Shown: positions 28,147-30,643 of the stretch, one piece after another
Position numbering within the stretch: position 1 is the first letter of the stretch
Layout of the letters: each line of letters opens with the position of its first letter
Origin: Trichormus sp. ATA11-4-KO1
GTDB taxonomy: Bacteria > Cyanobacteriota > Cyanobacteriia > Cyanobacteriales > Nostocaceae
DNA length: 30,643 nt
Direction of reading: 5' to 3'
Assembly: GCA_019358915.1 (NCBI GenBank)
Contig: JAHHIM010000046.1
Location: forward strand, 1 to 30,643
Program-made: the position numbers and the translations under genes
Notes under the pieces: generated by a model
The model's database searches: none
Seen by the model: the letters and a program-made list of their open reading frames with translations, nothing else
Told to the model about the DNA's origin: nothing

Positions 28147-28944
28147 TTACAGTTGATTTAACATTTTATGAGTCTGAGGCACGACCCGGACGTGTGGTAC
28201 AAATTGCTTCATCAAGGCTTGCCACATCAAAACTTGATCTGGAGCAGGTGCCAGTATATGCTTTTCTGTGAATTGTTCACCAGCTGCTAAAGGTGTGACA
28301 GGTTGTAAAAATACGGGAATATCTGAACTAACATCTGCTACCACAGAAGCGGCACGTTTCAATTCAGCCGGGTCGGTATCGTGAGAAATAATTATCTTGA
28401 CAAAAATATCTAAATGTGAATTTGAGCATAATTGTAAAAACTTTGTATGTTCTTGCCAACGACTTTCACCACTGACACTAGGCAGTTTTAAATCCATGCC
28501 CACAAAGTCTAGGTAGGGTAAAATTACCGCCAATTGTTCTGGACGATGTCCGCCAGTCTCTAAGTATATGGGTAGATTTGTCAGCGATCGCACTTCGGGC
28601 AAAAATTCCTTTAAGAAAGCTGCATGAAGCAGGGGTTCGCCGCCAGTTAAGCTAATGCTATCGTGTAGACAAGGTTGATTTTGCCTTTCGACCCATTCAA
28701 TTAAGATGGGTAGTGAGACAGGATTCGAGTGGATTTCAAAGTCACGTAATCCGGGCGATCGCTCTATCCGACAAGTAGCGGGTGCATTCCAAGTATGGGC
28801 ACTATCGCAAAAGTGGCAGCGCAAGTCGCATAAAGCAAAGCGAATAAAAAGTTGACGTGTCCCGACATTCAGTCCTTCTCCTTGAATAGCAGAAAAGACC
28901 TCTATCAGGCGTGCGGTAGGTTGAACCTTAGTTTTAGCAGTCAT
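28147..28944 (-). CDS. queE: 7-carboxy-7-deazaguanine synthase (radical SAM)
   Basis: EVFSAIQGEG, CDLRCHFCDS, LTGGEP, LETGG, FLQP and PQTHK motifs. Confidence 0.93.
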   Translation of the reverse strand: MTAKTKVQPTARLIEVFSAIQGEGLNVGTRQLFIRFALCDLRCHFCDSAHTWNAPATCRIERSPGLRDFEIHSNPVSLPILIEWVERQNQPCLHDSISLTGGEPLLHAAFLKEFLPEVRSLTNLPIYLETGGHRPEQLAVILPYLDFVGMDLKLPSVSGESRWQEHTKFLQLCSNSHLDIFVKIIISHDTDPAELKRAASVVADVSSDIPVFLQPVTPLAAGEQFTEKHILAPAPDQVLMWQALMKQFVPHVRVVPQTHKMLNQL

Positions 28945-29142
28945 GGGATAGTAGCAACGCGATCGCGCTGCGTCGGCACAAAAGCAGGTATGTTTTTTTT
29001 ACTTCTTGTTCTATTGTGAATCGTCGCTAGCAATCTTGGCTCTTATCCTTACTAACTAACCATTTAGTCTTTATGCCTACTGATTTAAGATGAGGTTAGG
29101 TAAATTGCTAGGACAAAATAATTTTTGGCAGCTTAAATTTAC

Positions 29143-30192
29143 ATGGCAACGAAAGTGCAGAGCTTCATGACTAGCCAACCCACACAGGTAGACTTTCCAG
29201 TTACTCCCTTAAAAGAAACAGTAATAGTGCAGGTACCAGCCCGGTTAAGCGTGCTTGAGGCAGTAGGCTTTAAGCATATCTGCCAAAAGTTAACTCAAGA
29301 AAATACACCTCCCAAGCAAATAATTATTGATTTTCACCAAACTACTTTTATGGATAGTAGTGGTCTAGGTGCCTTGGTCAGTAATTTTAAACATACCCAG
29401 GAACAAGGAATTGCCTTGATTTTGCGGAATGTGACTCCTCAAGTCATGGCAGTGCTAAATCTCACAGGCTTAGATCAAGTTTTTCCTATTGAGTCTAGCA
29501 GCGAAACGTCGCCAGTAGAAGCTGACAAGCCCACAGATACCCAAAAGAGTAATTCCCGTAAAGTAGAGCCGTTACCAACTACTCATCCTTCTGTGGCATC
29601 TTGGATGAAGCGGTTCATAGATATTGTTGGTGCAATTGTGGGTTTAGTCATTACAGGTTTTTTGTTTATTCCCATTGTGATTGCTATTCAAATCGATGAT
29701 CCCGGCCCTATTTTCTTTGGTCAAATCCGTTGTGGTTGGATGGGGAAACGTTTTAAGATTTGGAAATTCCGCTCCATGTGTGTGGATGCGGAAGCCAAAA
29801 AATCCCTAGTCAAAAACCAAGTCCAAGGTGCATTTTTCAAGAACGAGAACGATCCCAGAATTACACGTGTAGGGAAGTTCTTGCGGCGCACCAGCCTGGA
29901 TGAATTACCACAATTTTGGAATGTCCTCAAAGGAGATATGAGCTTAGTTGGTACTAGACCACCCACACCTGACGAAGTAGAACGCTATGAAGTACCGGAA
30001 TGGCAACGTTTAGATGTTAAACCCGGTATGACTGGAGAATGGCAAGTAAATGGGCGGTCTACGGTACGTAGTTTTGAGGATGTGATTCGCCTAGATTTGG
30101 AGTATCAAAAAAATTGGAGTTTACTATATGATTTGAAATTAATTTTTAAAACGGTAACAATTCTGTTTCATAAAAACAGTGGTGCTGTTTAG
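29143..30192 (+). CDS. STAS (anti-sigma antagonist) domain fused to a priming sugar transferase (recalled All4160-like)
   Basis: FMDSSGLGAL STAS motif; KRFIDI, KFRSM, DPRITRVG, SLDELPQ and KPGMTG (Bac_transf). Confidence 0.9.
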   Translation: MATKVQSFMTSQPTQVDFPVTPLKETVIVQVPARLSVLEAVGFKHICQKLTQENTPPKQIIIDFHQTTFMDSSGLGALVSNFKHTQEQGIALILRNVTPQVMAVLNLTGLDQVFPIESSSETSPVEADKPTDTQKSNSRKVEPLPTTHPSVASWMKRFIDIVGAIVGLVITGFLFIPIVIAIQIDDPGPIFFGQIRCGWMGKRFKIWKFRSMCVDAEAKKSLVKNQVQGAFFKNENDPRITRVGKFLRRTSLDELPQFWNVLKGDMSLVGTRPPTPDEVERYEVPEWQRLDVKPGMTGEWQVNGRSTVRSFEDVIRLDLEYQKNWSLLYDLKLIFKTVTILFHKNSGAV

Positions 30193-30643
30193 TCATTTAC
30201 CTTAATTAATTTCTAATTTGTTGGTAACTTACAATTTCATTTCGTCTTTGGCGATACCCAGGCTTTTTATGAGCTTGGGTATTATTTTTTTGTTTTATTC
30301 ACTCTTTTTCATACTCGTCTAAATCAACATATATCAAATTACTTTTCTCTACATTCTCTAAGGCTTTGAGTAAATGTTTTTTGTTAGCTTCTGATTTTAG
30401 AAGATAGGTAGTTTCATTTTCTTTAGTGGGTGATTCAACTAGCACAATGACTTCTACCACAGTTCCTTCTGGTAGTTCCTAAGCATAATCACTCTTAACT
30501 TTCATCTTTTCTTTAATTTAACCCACCTTCCGCACCCCCAAGTGTCACAAACGGAAATTACTGAGAGAAAAAAAGCAAGCAGGAATAAAAACAGACATAT
30601 TTAGAAAAAAAAGGGGTTTGAGCAGCCATGAATCACCACAAAA

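Larger units (their letters stand above)
1950..28966. repeat. Dispersed HIP1 octamers (GCGATCGC)
   Basis: At least 24 copies counted by eye, e.g. 1950, 2450, 3572, 5680, 6779, 9288, 11123, 14755, 17385, 23354, 25498, 28959. Confidence 0.95.

Noticed and set aside
28147..28944. queE as part of a 7-deazaguanine DNA modification (Dpd) system
   Set aside because: No dpdA or other que genes nearby; ordinary housekeeping context.
30628..30643. Possible start of the next CDS (ATG AAT CAC CAC AAA)
   Set aside because: Only five codons are visible, so it cannot be assigned.

Overview
Chromosomal window of a heterocystous (Nostocales-type) cyanobacterium, judged from at least 24 HIP1 GCGATCGC sites, STRR tandem repeats and the gene content. 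Most of it is a conserved housekeeping block whose order matches what I recall of Anabaena PCC 7120 all4160-alr4178: STAS-sugar transferase, queE, DUF3318, natFGH-bgtA, WcaI-like glycosyltransferase, rsfS, CGLD27, asparaginase, tRNA-fMet, YcjF-like protein, solitary C5 methyltransferase, deoC, recO, MFS transporter and dgdA. Left of it lie an OCP gene, xth, a GT4 gene, a small Zn-ribbon gene and an alcohol dehydrogenase. The accessory left edge holds an IS5/IS1031-group element inserted into a TIGR04255-like gene, and a Panacea (DUF4065) antitoxin paired with an uncharacterised putative toxin. The most striking locus is 15.7-16.6 kb. The tRNA-fMet gene carries an ORF-less 248-nt group I intron, while an I-Ssp6803I-type PD-(D/E)XK homing endonuclease gene sits outside the intron, just downstream of the tRNA behind a 20-bp hairpin. 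The C-terminal codons of the endonuclease are homologous to the intron's P1-P4 region, and the intron P1 loop keeps a relic of the endonuclease 3' end, which points to an intron-encoded nuclease that became free-standing. It now has one nonsense codon. Also present are an unannotated yqeK relic upstream of rsfS, nested repeat elements inserted in frame in the MFS gene, and several NtcA-like boxes. Family and ortholog calls come from motif recognition and memory; no searches were run.
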